DNA of 63,801 bases, filler included, from Octopus bimaculoides (GCF_001194135.2; 5 parts of 4 records of this genome joined end to end with filler, not necessarily neighbours in it); one strand, 5' to 3'. Numbered from the whole stretch's first letter, positions 1 through 10,860 are shown. Numbers and translations: made by a program. Notes: generated from the sequence alone by a model not told the origin.

Positions 1-396
1 TTTCTTTTTACATACATAACATCACAGAATACATTTAAAACATTAGAATAGAGCATTACATAATAACAATTCCAATACATGGCATAACAGTTCAATAACG
101 TTGACAAAGCTTCCAAACAATTACAAGCTTTTCAATCATTTTTACATCCCAAAGTTTGTGTCTCAAGTTTCATTTGACAACAAAGTTCTTCTGCTTCTTT
201 CTTTTGTATTTCTTTTCTTTTCCTTTCTTTTAGAAGCATTTAACAACACAGTTAACAACTCAGAGTTCTTTTTCTCTAAAATAATATAAAAGTATTTACC
301 ACAACGAAATTTGTTTCCTTCAGGTCTGCTACTTCCACAGTCCAAGGCAGTCTGCCACTACAATTCCGTCTCTCTGTCACTGGGACTCTATACATT

Positions 397-640
397 TCTG
401 CTGACCATATCTTTCTGTCTGTCAGACTTATTCCCATCTTCTTTCTGCTGACCATAGCTTTCTCGGTCAGACTTATAATTCTTCATCTTCTTTCTGCTGA
501 CCATAGCTTTATCCGTCAGTCTTATTCTTCATCTTCATCTCAGTACAACTGCTTCATCTCTCTGTCCCTCTCTCTCTCTCTGGGACTCTATGCGTTTCTG
601 CTGACCATAACTTTCTCTGTCAGACTTATAATTCTTCTTT
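397..640. repeat. Degenerate ~46-50 bp tandem repeat (4 copies)
   Basis: Unit TTCTGCTGACCATA(T/G)CTTT...GTCAG(A/T)CTTAT recurs at about 397, 443, 491 and 597. Confidence 0.8.
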
Positions 641-727
641 CTTCATCTCTGTACAACTGCTTCATCTCCACGGGCAAACTGCTGTCCCCCAACTGCTTCG
701 GACGACTGCTACAACCCAACTGCCTCG

Positions 728-920
728 GCTGGCTGCTACCACTCGACTCCCTCTGCTGGCTGCTACCGCTCGACTCCCTCTGCTGGCTGCNNNNNNNNNN
801 NNNNNNNNNNNNNNNNNNNNNNNNNNNNNNNNNNNNNNNNNNNNNNNNNNNNNNNNNNNNNNNNNNNNNNNNNNNNNNNNNNNNNNNNNNNNNNNNNNNN
901 NNNNNNNNNNGCTGGCTGCC
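728..920. repeat. 27-bp minisatellite running into an N gap
   Basis: GCTGGCTGCTACC(A/G)CTCGACTCCCTCT at 728-754 and 755-781; a partial unit at 782-790 and again at 911 after the gap. Confidence 0.85.
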
Positions 921-1967
921 AGAACTCCACTGGCCAAAATTCTCTGCTCACTGCTTCGGCCGACTGCTTCCCGCCAATTCCTGTCCTCCTATTCATCCCA
1001 AATACCATAGCTCATTGTGCTACTTTACCCCCTGCCAAGATGGGTCCGTTGGTACATTCCTATCCTGCTGTTTTTGAACTTTCGCTGACCGGAAAGGGGC
1101 AGCTACGCTAAAAATAGCTGTGGTTGCCGACAAGACAAAGGAAATACCATTCTCCCCAACTGACCAGAGTACGGGTTCAAAACCCAGCCCTGGAGATAGG
1201 GATATAATGCCAACTGTATTTTCGGTCGTCGCATCAATATTATTGTTGTTGTTGAAACTCTAATCAACTCTGATTCAGCTAACCATTGACCAAAGACAAC
1301 CGAACCTTGATTAGCAGGTTGACTGACGATGTAGAATGTCTTTTTGCTCTTGTTGATGGTGTTTATTGTAAGTAAGTGAGTGCAAAGGTGAGAATGATGT
1401 TATTTATGCTGTTGATGATGATGATTATAACAGTATTATAGATAGCATTGTCTGGGTCAAAATTTTAGAATGTGTTGAGGGTGGTGTTGTTGGGAAAGTG
1501 AAAGATAGTATTTGAGATAACTGGGTATAACAAGATATAGTATATGACAAATAGTAGGTGCTAGCCTAGGTAACAAGGGTGTGAAGTGGGGTGATAGTGC
1601 CAGTGAATACTACTAGTGAAAATATTTTCTGATTTCTAATTACCTGTTTGTGAGGATGAGGGAAAGGTGTAGGTCAGACTTCTTACTATTCCTCTTAGAT
1701 TAGCTCTGGAATCAGTTTCACTCCCTTTTTCTAAATGAAATCTGCTTGGAAGATTGTCATTGATCAGTGCGTGTGTTAATGTCTGGGGTAATATTTAGTT
1801 GGTGTAAGACCACTGTTGTCTCAAAGCATAATATAGTCATTTTATAAATAAAGGTAACTAAGTTAAATACTGACTGAAATACTAGGGGGTCAGTATATTT
1901 CATTAAAACATTTGAAGGTGGTGCCATATATGGCTGCTGTCCAGTCATTAGAAACTGTAAAAGAATA

Positions 1968-2013
<46 letters not shown>

Positions 2014-2023
2014 NNNNNNNNNN

Positions 2024-2061
<38 letters not shown>

Positions 2062-2149
2062 TTAGATTCAAGGCAAATATGGTACTTAAATTTAGGCACC
2101 AGAATTAAGTATGGTACTATCCAAACAATTCCAAAATAAGGTGATTAAA

Positions 2150-2739
2150 ATCAAAATAAGCAACAAGGATATTCAAGGTTAATGCAGTACAATCATTTCA
2201 TGCAACTCCATGAAAACTATAAATAAACACATACTGTATCTGTACATATATAGAAACTTTATTTTATATACTTTTGACCTAGGTGCCGTATGTTAAACTT
2301 CCCCTGCTACATTATAAACTGGTCAGCTAAATCTTTATAACCGTATCCATGTATATTGTTTACCTCTTCCCTTTCCTTATAAGGAAAAGGCTGGTGCCCT
2401 CTTAAGCTTTGAATCACTAGGTCTGATACGATGAAACAAAAAGACAAATAAAATCAGTGACAGTTCAAATCTGCTTGGAATTAATTACTAGCCTGTATGG
2501 TCTGGCTAAGTCAAAATGGTTTTTTGTATTCTTCTTTCTCACTGTGAGTGTTTAAATGTAGTTACAATAATATGTCCTTCTACTGAAATGAAATTTCAGT
2601 AAATTTTCTATATCTTTGTGCAGCTGAAGATTGCTCTGCATTTTACATTTAATGTAATGCTCACATTGCTTAAATAAATGTAGTCGCATGAAACGATCAT
2701 ACTGCATTAACTTTGAATATCCTTGTTGCTTATTTTGAT
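2150..2739. repeat. 58-bp inverted repeat pair; right arm truncated by a gap
   Basis: 2150-2207 is the reverse complement of 2682-2739 with 5 mismatches in 58 bp. Confidence 0.85.
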
Positions 2740-3699
2740 NNNNNNNNNNNNNNNNNNNNNNNNNNNNNNNNNNNNNNNNNNNNNNNNNNNNNNNNNNNNN
2801 NNNNNNNNNNNNNNNNNNNNNNNNNNNNNNNNNNNNNNNNNNNNNNNNNNNNNNNNNNNNNNNNNNNNNNNNNNNNNNNNNNNNNNNNNNNNNNNNNNNN
2901 NNNNNNNNNNNNNNNNNNNNNNNNNNNNNNNNNNNNNNNNNNNNNNNNNNNNNNNNNNNNNNNNNNNNNNNNNNNNNNNNNNNNNNNNNNNNNNNNNNNN
3001 NNNNNNNNNNNNNNNNNNNNNNNNNNNNNNNNNNNNNNNNNNNNNNNNNNNNNNNNNNNNNNNNNNNNNNNNNNNNNNNNNNNNNNNNNNNNNNNNNNNN
3101 NNNNNNNNNNNNNNNNNNNNNNNNNNNNNNNNNNNNNNNNNNNNNNNNNNNNNNNNNNNNNNNNNNNNNNNNNNNNNNNNNNNNNNNNNNNNNNNNNNNN
3201 NNNNNNNNNNNNNNNNNNNNNNNNNNNNNNNNNNNNNNNNNNNNNNNNNNNNNNNNNNNNNNNNNNNNNNNNNNNNNNNNNNNNNNNNNNNNNNNNNNNN
3301 NNNNNNNNNNNNNNNNNNNNNNNNNNNNNNNNNNNNNNNNNNNNNNNNNNNNNNNNNNNNNNNNNNNNNNNNNNNNNNNNNNNNNNNNNNNNNNNNNNNN
3401 NNNNNNNNNNNNNNNNNNNNNNNNNNNNNNNNNNNNNNNNNNNNNNNNNNNNNNNNNNNNNNNNNNNNNNNNNNNNNNNNNNNNNNNNNNNNNNNNNNNN
3501 NNNNNNNNNNNNNNNNNNNNNNNNNNNNNNNNNNNNNNNNNNNNNNNNNNNNNNNNNNNNNNNNNNNNNNNNNNNNNNNNNNNNNNNNNNNNNNNNNNNN
3601 NNNNNNNNNNNNNNNNNNNNNNNNNNNNNNNNNNNNNNNNNNNNNNNNNNNNNNNNNNNNNNNNNNNNNNNNNNNATATATATATATATATATATAAAA

Positions 3700-4730
3700 C
3701 AACTGGATGTTCCTTGAAGGATAGCCCACAGGTAGTTATAGACCAAATCTGTGGCTGACTTTGAGTGGGACTAGCTATCCAAGTTGACAACAGCATGATT
3801 GATAAAGAACTGAAAATACAAAGACAGGAAAAGCCCTTGTTCCATCAGGAATTGCCACTGAGATGCTTAAAAGTCTTGGTGGATTGGGATATGAGCTAGT
3901 CACTCATATAGTTAATCAGGTTGTCCAGGAAGGTGTAATTCCCAATGACTGATGTTGCAGCATTATAGTCAGTTGCTACAAAGGTAAGAGAGTTGCTTTG
4001 ACAGAAGTTAATTACAGATATCAAATTGCTGCACCAGCTCATGAAGCTTATGGAAAGAGTCAAAACTTAGTGAATTAGGAAGAGAGTTAACCCAGATGAA
4101 ATGCAACTTAATTTTGTGCCAGGTAGGAGGACTACTAATGCTATCTTCATAATAGAGTATCTGCAGGAGAAGCATTTAGCCAAAAATAAACAGCTCTACT
4201 TAGCATTTGTCGACATGAAGAATGCCTTTGACAAGGTCCTTACTCTCTCTCATGGTTGCCATGGAAGCTAAGGGCTGGTGAGAGCCATCTAAGTCTTAGA
4301 CAGGAATGTTGTCAGTAAGATGAAAGTAAGCAATGAATAGAGCATCAAATTTAGTGTATTGCTTGGAGTTCACCAGGGTCTGGTCCTTCAGGCCATAAAG
4401 GAGGAATTTAAAACTGGTTACCCATTAGAGTGTCTCTGCTGATGACCTTGTTCTTATAGCTGAATCTGTTGTAGGATTAGAGAAGAAATTTCAGATGTGG
4501 AAGCAAGGCCTGGGATCCAAGGTCCTTGGAGTTAATTTAACACAGACCAAATTCTTAATAGGCAAAAGAGCATGCAAATTACTAATCCCTTCTGGGAAAT
4601 GGCCCTACCTCGATATGTAGGTAAAGTATTGGTAGAAATTCCATTACAATGTACTAGATGCAAGCTATGGACACATAGATGCAGTGGAATCACAAGAAGA
4701 TTAACAGGGAAAGCAGTCATTGTGTATAGG
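3700..4730 (+). mobile_element. RTE-clade LINE reverse transcriptase remnant (frameshifted, with stops) with C-terminal PHD-like finger
   Basis: Spliced-frame translation gives GKAP..PSGIATEMLKSLGGLGYELVTHIVNQVVQEGVIPND*, IKLLHQLMKLMERV, DEMQLNFVPGRRTTNAIF, YLAFVDMKNAFDKV, GVHQG, ADDLVLIAES and CTRCKLWTH.RCSGI, all typical of RTE ORF2. Confidence 0.9.
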
Positions 4731-4947
4731 ATGATTTAACGGGTCTTATCTGCCTCCTCCCCTCCTAACATTGGGGACCATTTTTTTTTTGTTATTATTC
4801 ATCTCTTTTTTTACTCAAATGCAACCTCTTTCCCACCACTGCTTGTATCTCAACCATGCCACTATCCCCACTGTCTTGGGCCCTTTTGGTGAAAAGTGAA
4901 ATGATTGATATTGTCATTATTTTAATTATTATTGTTGGTGTTCTAAA

Positions 4948-5380
4948 GGCAAGTGACCTGGCAGAATCATTAGCACACTAGGCAAAATGCTTAACAGCAT
5001 TTCGTCTGTCTTCACATTCTGAGTTCTAATTGCACCAAGGTCAATTTGACCTTTCATCCTTTTGGTGTCAATAAAATAAGTTCCAGTTAAACACTAGAGT
5101 CAATGAAATTGACTTAGCCCTGCTGTCAAATCTGCTGGCCATGTGCCAAAATTTGAAACCATTATTGTTGTTGTTCTGGCAGAATTGTTAGCACACTGGA
5201 CAAAATTACTTAGCTGCATTTCTTCCAGCTTTATGTTCTGAGTTCAAATTCTACTGAGGTTCGCTTTGCCTTTCATCCTTTCAGGGTCAAATAAGCACCA
5301 GTTGAGCACTGGGGTTGATGTAATTGACTAGCCTTTCCCCACAAAATTTCAGTCCTTGTGCCTATATTAAAAAAGATTAT
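4948..5380 (+). mobile_element. Two tandem copies of tRNA-derived SINE family A
   Basis: Head (GAGC)TGGCAGAA..TTAGCAC, B-box-like GAGTTCAAATT and central GCCTTTCATCCTTT..GGGTCAATAAA..AAG(T)ACCAG; shared with many other copies in the window. Confidence 0.85.
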
Positions 5381-5689
5381 TTCCATTGTTGTTGTTATCA
5401 TTATGTTTATATTACATAACAAGTGATTTCACTAGACAATCCCCCAAAATATTTGTTTTTTATCTGTGCCCATAGTAATCCAAGATGTAGGTCAGGGAAC
5501 AGACAAGCCATTCCATTCATTTTTTATATTGTCATTATATGACACTATTGTGCAAGAGCATATCATATGATATTATTGTATAGGTGTGTATACACATCTA
5601 ATACCCTTGTTTTTAAAAGAATATGTAATTTTCTCTTTTTATAACATTCTAGAAATTTTAAGAATACTTTCTCTTATTCTTTTATTCTT

Positions 5690-5920
5690 TTATTTGTTCC
5701 AGTCATTTGACTGTGGTCATGCTGGAGCATCACCTTTTTTGTCGAACAAGTTGATTCCAGGACTTATTTCTTGTAAGCCTAGTACTTATTCTATTGGTTC
5801 CTTTTGCCAAACTGCTAAGTTACAGTGATGTAAACACACCAACATTGGTTATGAAGCAGTGATGGGGGGACAAATACAGACACCCAAACATATACTCTCA
5901 CACACACATACATACATACA

Positions 5921-5954
<34 letters not shown>

Positions 5955-6125
5955 CATATATACATATATACGACAGGCTTCTTTCAGTTTCTGTCTATCA
6001 AATCCACTCACAAGGCTTTGGTCAGTCTGAGGCTGTAGTAGAAGACACTTGCCCAAGGTGCCATGCAGTGGAACTTTACCCGAAACCATGTGGTTAGTAA
6101 GCAACTTACCACACAGCCACTCCTA
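5690..6125 (-). mobile_element. Composite CORE-type tRNA SINE family B (head + CORE + internal microsatellite + 3' module)
   Basis: Minus strand reads GGAGTGGCTGTGTGGTAAG...GGCACCTTGGGCAAGTGTCTTCTAC...GAAACTGAAAGAAGCC-(microsatellite)-...CCAGCATGACCACAGTCAAATGACTGGAAC. Confidence 0.85.
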
Positions 6126-6215
6126 TGCCTACTTGTTATTAACTCTATATTTTTTCATTGATTTTAACCCGTTTGTAACCACATTTCTAATGTGGTTACA
6201 AATGCATTCTGTTTA

Positions 6216-6265
<50 letters not shown>

Positions 6266-6284
6266 CACACACAGAGCATGGCTG

Positions 6285-6625
6285 TGTTTTTAAGAAGCTT
6301 GCTTTGCAACCTTGTGATTTGGGGCTCAGTTCCACAATGTGGCGCCTTGATGAGTGTCAACCAATGCCTTGTGGGTGAATTTGGTAGAAAGAAACTGTGG
6401 AAGCCCGTCTCATAGTGTGTGTGTGAGTGTATGTCTTTATCTTTGTGTTTGTCCCCAACACTGCTTGATAATTGGTGTTGGTTTGTTTAATTGTCCATAA
6501 TTTAGTGGTTTGGCAAAAGAGACTGACAGAAGAACTACTGAGTAAAATAAATACTGGAGTAGATTTGTTTGGCTAAAACTCTTCATGGCAGTGTCCCAGT
6601 ATGAAACAAGTAAAAGAAGATAAAA
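6285..6625 (+). mobile_element. Degenerate family B SINE
   Basis: Same modules in + orientation (GGCGCCTTGATGAGTGTC, GAAACTGTGGAAGCCCGTC, TTTGTCCCCAACAC, CCCAGTATGAAACAAGTAAAAG). Confidence 0.75.
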
Positions 6626-6820
6626 GATGATATATGCATATTATAGAGGGGAAGCACTAAGCAGTGATAAGTGAAATTGCAATGTTATCAGTTCAGATAT
6701 GCTTGATGCACATTTGAACTGGGAAACAAGCTACTCACTGCGTTTTGTCATGGAGATATCTTGCTTGTTGACAAATAGTGTGTATACACCTAGCTCAGCT
6801 TGCAGTGCCATCTACCCAGA

Positions 6821-6868
6821 CTTTGAGGTGTTAATATTTTGGAGTAGTTGTCTCCTCGTCAGTCACAG
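6821..6868 (-). ncRNA. Hammerhead ribozyme motif (degenerate), left arm
   Basis: Minus strand: CTGTGA-CTGACGA-GGAG-acaacta-CTCC-AAAA-TATTAACAC-C-TCAAAG. Core CUGACGA intact, stem II perfect, G12->A, stems III and I mutated. Confidence 0.65.
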
Positions 6869-6985
6869 ACACTAAGCAGACAACACTGTGAGCTGAATTA
6901 AGAGATTATCTCTCTTAAGCTTTTCCAGTCACTGTATGATGATTGGCAGTGGTAATCACTTAATTCAGTACCATCTGCTTAGTGT

Positions 6986-7033
6986 CTGTGACCAATGAGG
7001 AGATAACTACTCTGATATGTTAACATCTCACAG
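6986..7033 (+). ncRNA. Hammerhead ribozyme motif (degenerate), right arm
   Basis: CTGTGA-CCAATGA-GGAG-ataacta-CTCT-GAT-ATGTTAACAT-C-TCACAG. Perfect 6-bp stem I, perfect 10-nt palindromic stem III, AUC triplet; core mutated at U4, G5 and A14. Confidence 0.65.
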
Positions 7034-7192
7034 TCTAGGTAGATGGTGCTGCAAGCTGATCTAGGTGTATAGACACCGTTAGTCAACAAGTGAGATATAT
7101 TCTCCATGACAAAACAGTGAGTTCCCCAGCCTGAACATGCATCAATGACTGATAATGTCATTGCGATAGATATATATATATATATATATATA

Positions 7193-7432
7193 TATATCGG
7201 ACAGACGAACCTCCCATTACGTAGAAGAGTAGCTGTCCATAAGGAACAAATAAACCTCCCTCAATACCGCCAAATTCCACTCAGTGGCCACATAGACTCT
7301 TGCGCCAGAAACAAAAACCCTAAATTCATTATATTCCCTTTCTATCAATGTAAAGACAGAATCTCCACACAAGAAAGAATCAACAAGGAGAATCTTTTCA
7401 TAGAGAAATTCCAACCATTTCTTAACACACAC
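7193..7432 (+). mobile_element. Penelope-like element GIY-YIG endonuclease C-terminal remnant
   Basis: YIGQTNLPLRRRVAVHKEQI...PLSGHIDSC...RINKENLFIEKFQPFLN matches the YIG-x-T...R...H...H...E...I...P.LN pattern of PLE endonucleases. Confidence 0.85.
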
Positions 7433-8099
7433 NNNNNNNNNNNNNNNNNNNNNNNNNNNNNNNNNNNNNNNNNNNNNNNNNNNNNNNNNNNNNNNNNNNN
7501 NNNNNNNNNNNNNNNNNNNNNNNNNNNNNNNNNNNNNNNNNNNNNNNNNNNNNNNNNNNNNNNNNNNNNNNNNNNNNNNNNNNNNNNNNNNNNNNNNNNN
7601 NNNNNNNNNNNNNNNNNNNNNNNNNNNNNNNNNNNNNNNNNNNNNNNNNNNNNNNNNNNNNNNNNNNNNNNNNNNNNNNNNNNNNNNNNNNNNNNNNNNN
7701 NNNNNNNNNNNNNNNNNNNNNNNNNNNNNNNNNNNNNNNNNNNNNNNNNNNNNNNNNNNNNNNNNNNNNNNNNNNNNNNNNNNNNNNNNNNNNNNNNNNN
7801 NNNNNNNNNNNNNNNNNNNNNNNNNNNNNNNNNNNNNNNNNNNNNNNNNNNNNNNNNNNNNNNNNNNNNNNNNNNNNNNNNNNNNNNNNNNNNNNNNNNN
7901 NNNNNNNNNNNNNNNNNNNNNNNNNNNNNNNNNNNNNNNNNNNNNNNNNNNNNNNNNNNNNNNNNNNNNNNNNNNNNNNNNNNNNNNNNNNNNNNNNNNN
8001 NNNNNNNNNNNNNNNNNNNNNNNNNNNNNNNNNNNNNNNNNNNNNNNATATATATATATATACATATATATGTAACATGCATACATGCATGCAACTCAA

Positions 8100-8470
8100 A
8101 TTTTCAAGGTATGTGAGAAACCCACTATTGTTGGTGACACAATAAATCTCTCCAGAACATTCTGTAAAGTTGTTAATGTTTGGAAGTTACAGTCAGCTAC
8201 AGAAAGCAAGTCAGAAATAAATCGTATGTACAAAATATGGTCTTCCAATCAATCTAGGACAGCAATATCTTTGAATAAGAGCCGGCTCAGATTTAGCAAC
8301 CTATCCTTCCTATGCCAGATGTAAAACAATGTTGATGGTAACATACACATGAATACACTCATATCATTCACTTATGGCAATGAGAGAGTAATATTTTAAG
8401 GTCTGCATTTACTTCAATCTGATCATTTCTATACCTCCTAGCTAAAACATTCTTGGCCTCATTTTGTGAT
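8100..8470 (-). mobile_element. Possible BEL/Pao LTR-retrotransposon gag (DUF1759-like) remnant
   Basis: Minus frame QNEAKNVLARRYRNDQIEVNADLKILLS resembles the NYxEAxxLLxxRYGNxxxIVNAHLxxLL gag motif; a downstream frame gives MCMLPSTLFYIWHRK. Recognised from memory only. Confidence 0.4.
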
Positions 8471-9142
8471 ATTATAATAGAAAATTGGGTAGGTAAAAAA
8501 TAAAAAAAAGTTGCCATTAAATATGTGAGCAAAAAATGGGCAAGTGTTGGATAGATGCAAATTCTAAGCAGTACAGTTTCCCTATTTCTGTAATATCATT
8601 ATAATTGTACATTAATAAAAGATCTGCTATCATTCTCAAAACCTTCTCATATCTGCAGTCAATGGCAACTCTTGTCTTTGTCTCCAACTATAGTCATCCC
8701 TCTGTCATTGTATATATATATCTCTCTCCCATCCAACATATCTCCACAACTAACAGATTCTTATCTACAACAAACCCTATCGAGAAAAGAATTTCTGTTC
8801 ATAAACATTCCTTTATTAATGATGAACTAAAATTTTCTACCTCACCAGCCATGTATATTTCTATTCTGGAATCTAGGTATATTAAGTATTACATTAATTG
8901 GTCTATTATAGCTTCAGTTGAACTTTATCAAGTTGATAGATGAACCTGCAGACTTTGTTTATGTGAGGTCTTTTTAACCAATAGGGAAAATTTACTAAAC
9001 AAATGGGATGAACTAATTATAAATTGTAAACATAAATTGAGATTAACTTTCCAGCACAGGTTAATGGTTAATATTACAATCACTAGATTGGACAGATTTG
9101 GTAATGCAAAAAGGAAAATAAAACTCATAACATAAGTATATA

Positions 9143-10167
9143 CACAAACATGCAGGAAGTAAATAGACACCTTTAATTTTCAAAATCTTTTATTTAATAC
9201 ACAAAGTGAACAATTGAAATGTAATCGATAGGTAGGACTACATACTCTAGTATTTAGTTGACATTCCCTCTGCAGTTTTTAAATCAGAAACTCTTTTTGG
9301 CATTGAACTGATGAGCTTTGTGATTGTCTATGGTGGAATTTCTGCCCACTTTTCATGCAACAATCAAAACAATTCATCTTTAGGTTTAGGTTTCTGTCGA
9401 GTTTTTCATTGCTCCAAAGATTTTCAGTTGAGTTCATGTCAGGAGATTGGCTCGGCCAAGGAAGCTTTTTGATCTCATTTTCAGTCAGCCAATGTTGATT
9501 CCTTTTCGCTGTGTGGCATGGAGCCCCATCTTCCATGAATAAAAACTCATTTTTCATTATGTTATCATGTGAATACATCGTAAGTAGTCCTTGCTTAAGT
9601 ATTTCGATGTATTTTTCAGAGTTTATGGTTCCAACACATTCAATNNNNNNNNNNNNNNNNNNNNNNNNNNNNNNNNNNNNNNNNNNNNNNNNNNNNNNNN
9701 NNNNNNNNNNNNNNNNNNNNNNNNNNNNNNNNNNNNNNNNNNNNNNNNNNNNNNNNNNNNNNNNNNNNNNNNNNNNNNNNNNNNNNNNNNNNNNNNNNNN
9801 NNNNNNNNNNNNNNNNNNNNNNNNNNNNNNNNNNAGGACGAGAATCTGTTGATTCTTTTCCTTGGCTTTTGAATTGCACTATAATTCTATTAACAGTAGC
9901 AAGAGGAATTTGAAGATTTTCGGCAGTTTTTTGCTGGCTAAGACCAGCCTCAGATTGCCCAACAATATGACCTCTTTGAAAATCTGACAGTTCTGCTGAA
10001 TTTTTTGTGCTTGGCATGGTTACTCTTTGCAAATGTTTAATATAATGGCACCTGGAATGAAAAAGAATAATTACATTGTAAATTCTACACTGCTGAAAAC
10101 ATATTAAGGCAATTAGATCAGAAATTTTGAAAATTAAAGGTGTCTATTTACTTCCTGCATGTCTGGG
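9143..10167 (-). mobile_element. Tc1-family DNA transposon (DD34E), degraded, with ~45-bp TIRs
   Basis: TIR core ACATGCAGGAAGTAAATAGACACCTTTAATTTTCAAAAT at both ends; TA at the left flank. N-terminal HTH ORF at 9640-10032. Catalytic segment FMEDGAPCH...WPSQSPDMNSTENLW at 9279-9578 has exactly 34 residues between D and E. Confidence 0.95.
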
Positions 10168-10200
10168 AATATATTTTCTATTTAATCGGCCAAAATTACA

Positions 10201-10295
10201 GTGACTCAGGGTCCAAGAGTCACATGCATTGGTTACTACTTAAACAATGCTAATCATAGGCTCTAATGCATGAAAGTCTTGGCCCCTTGAGTCAT
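10201..10295. repeat. Small imperfect inverted repeat (~30-bp arms)
   Basis: 10201-10230 vs the reverse complement of 10265-10295: about 25 of 30 matches. Confidence 0.7.
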
Positions 10296-10618
10296 TTTGA
10301 AACTTCTGCTGATTAAATAAAAAATCTTATTAGAAATATCGTTTCCCTTTCCATAACCTGATCTCCATCCTGCAACTCTTTACTCCAGCTCTTTCTTTAT
10401 ATTTCTATTTTTAACAACTATGAAAGTGTGAAATACTCTGCTAAATTAGTACCACAAATTCTTAGCTATATATTTTCTTACTGGCTATCTGCTTCTTTGT
10501 GAAATACCATCAGCTATTACGGCTGCCCTTTCACAATACCTTCTAACTTACTTGCATATAAACTGTATGATCTACCCAAATGAGCCACTGATGCAGCTTC
10601 TTATATAGAAAACTGTCG

Positions 10619-10860
10619 AATAATAATAATAATGTTTCTTTTATTGGCAACAAGGGGACCAAGACATGAACGACAATATGGAAGGATGAGTTACAGCACA
10701 TGAACACAAATCCAAAAACAAAAAATCCAAAAACAAAAAATACAAAAAAAAAAAAACAGGTGGCGTTTACATCACTGAAAGGGAGATACTATTAAATTAA
10801 GGGATATAACAGGGGATATATAATAAAAATCAGAGGAATAAATAAATAGAATCCCCAATA
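10619..10860 (-). mobile_element. Probable LINE 3' end (AATAAA followed by a (TTA)n tail)
   Basis: Minus strand ends TTGTTGCCAATAAAAGAAACATTATTATTATTA, preceded by a T-rich UTR-like tract. Confidence 0.45.

Larger units (their letters stand above)
6677..7166. repeat. Old fold-back inverted repeat; ~210-225 bp arms (6677-6902, 6959-7166), each carrying an HHR motif
   Basis: Arms align as reverse complements at roughly 75-80% identity by eye, with a ~56-bp spacer. Confidence 0.9.

Noticed and set aside
1160-1200. tRNA-like 3' half (GGGTTCAAAACCCAGCCCTGGAG)
   Set aside because: Only a B-box; the T-stem pairs 3 of 5 and no acceptor or D arm is found. At most an old SINE head.
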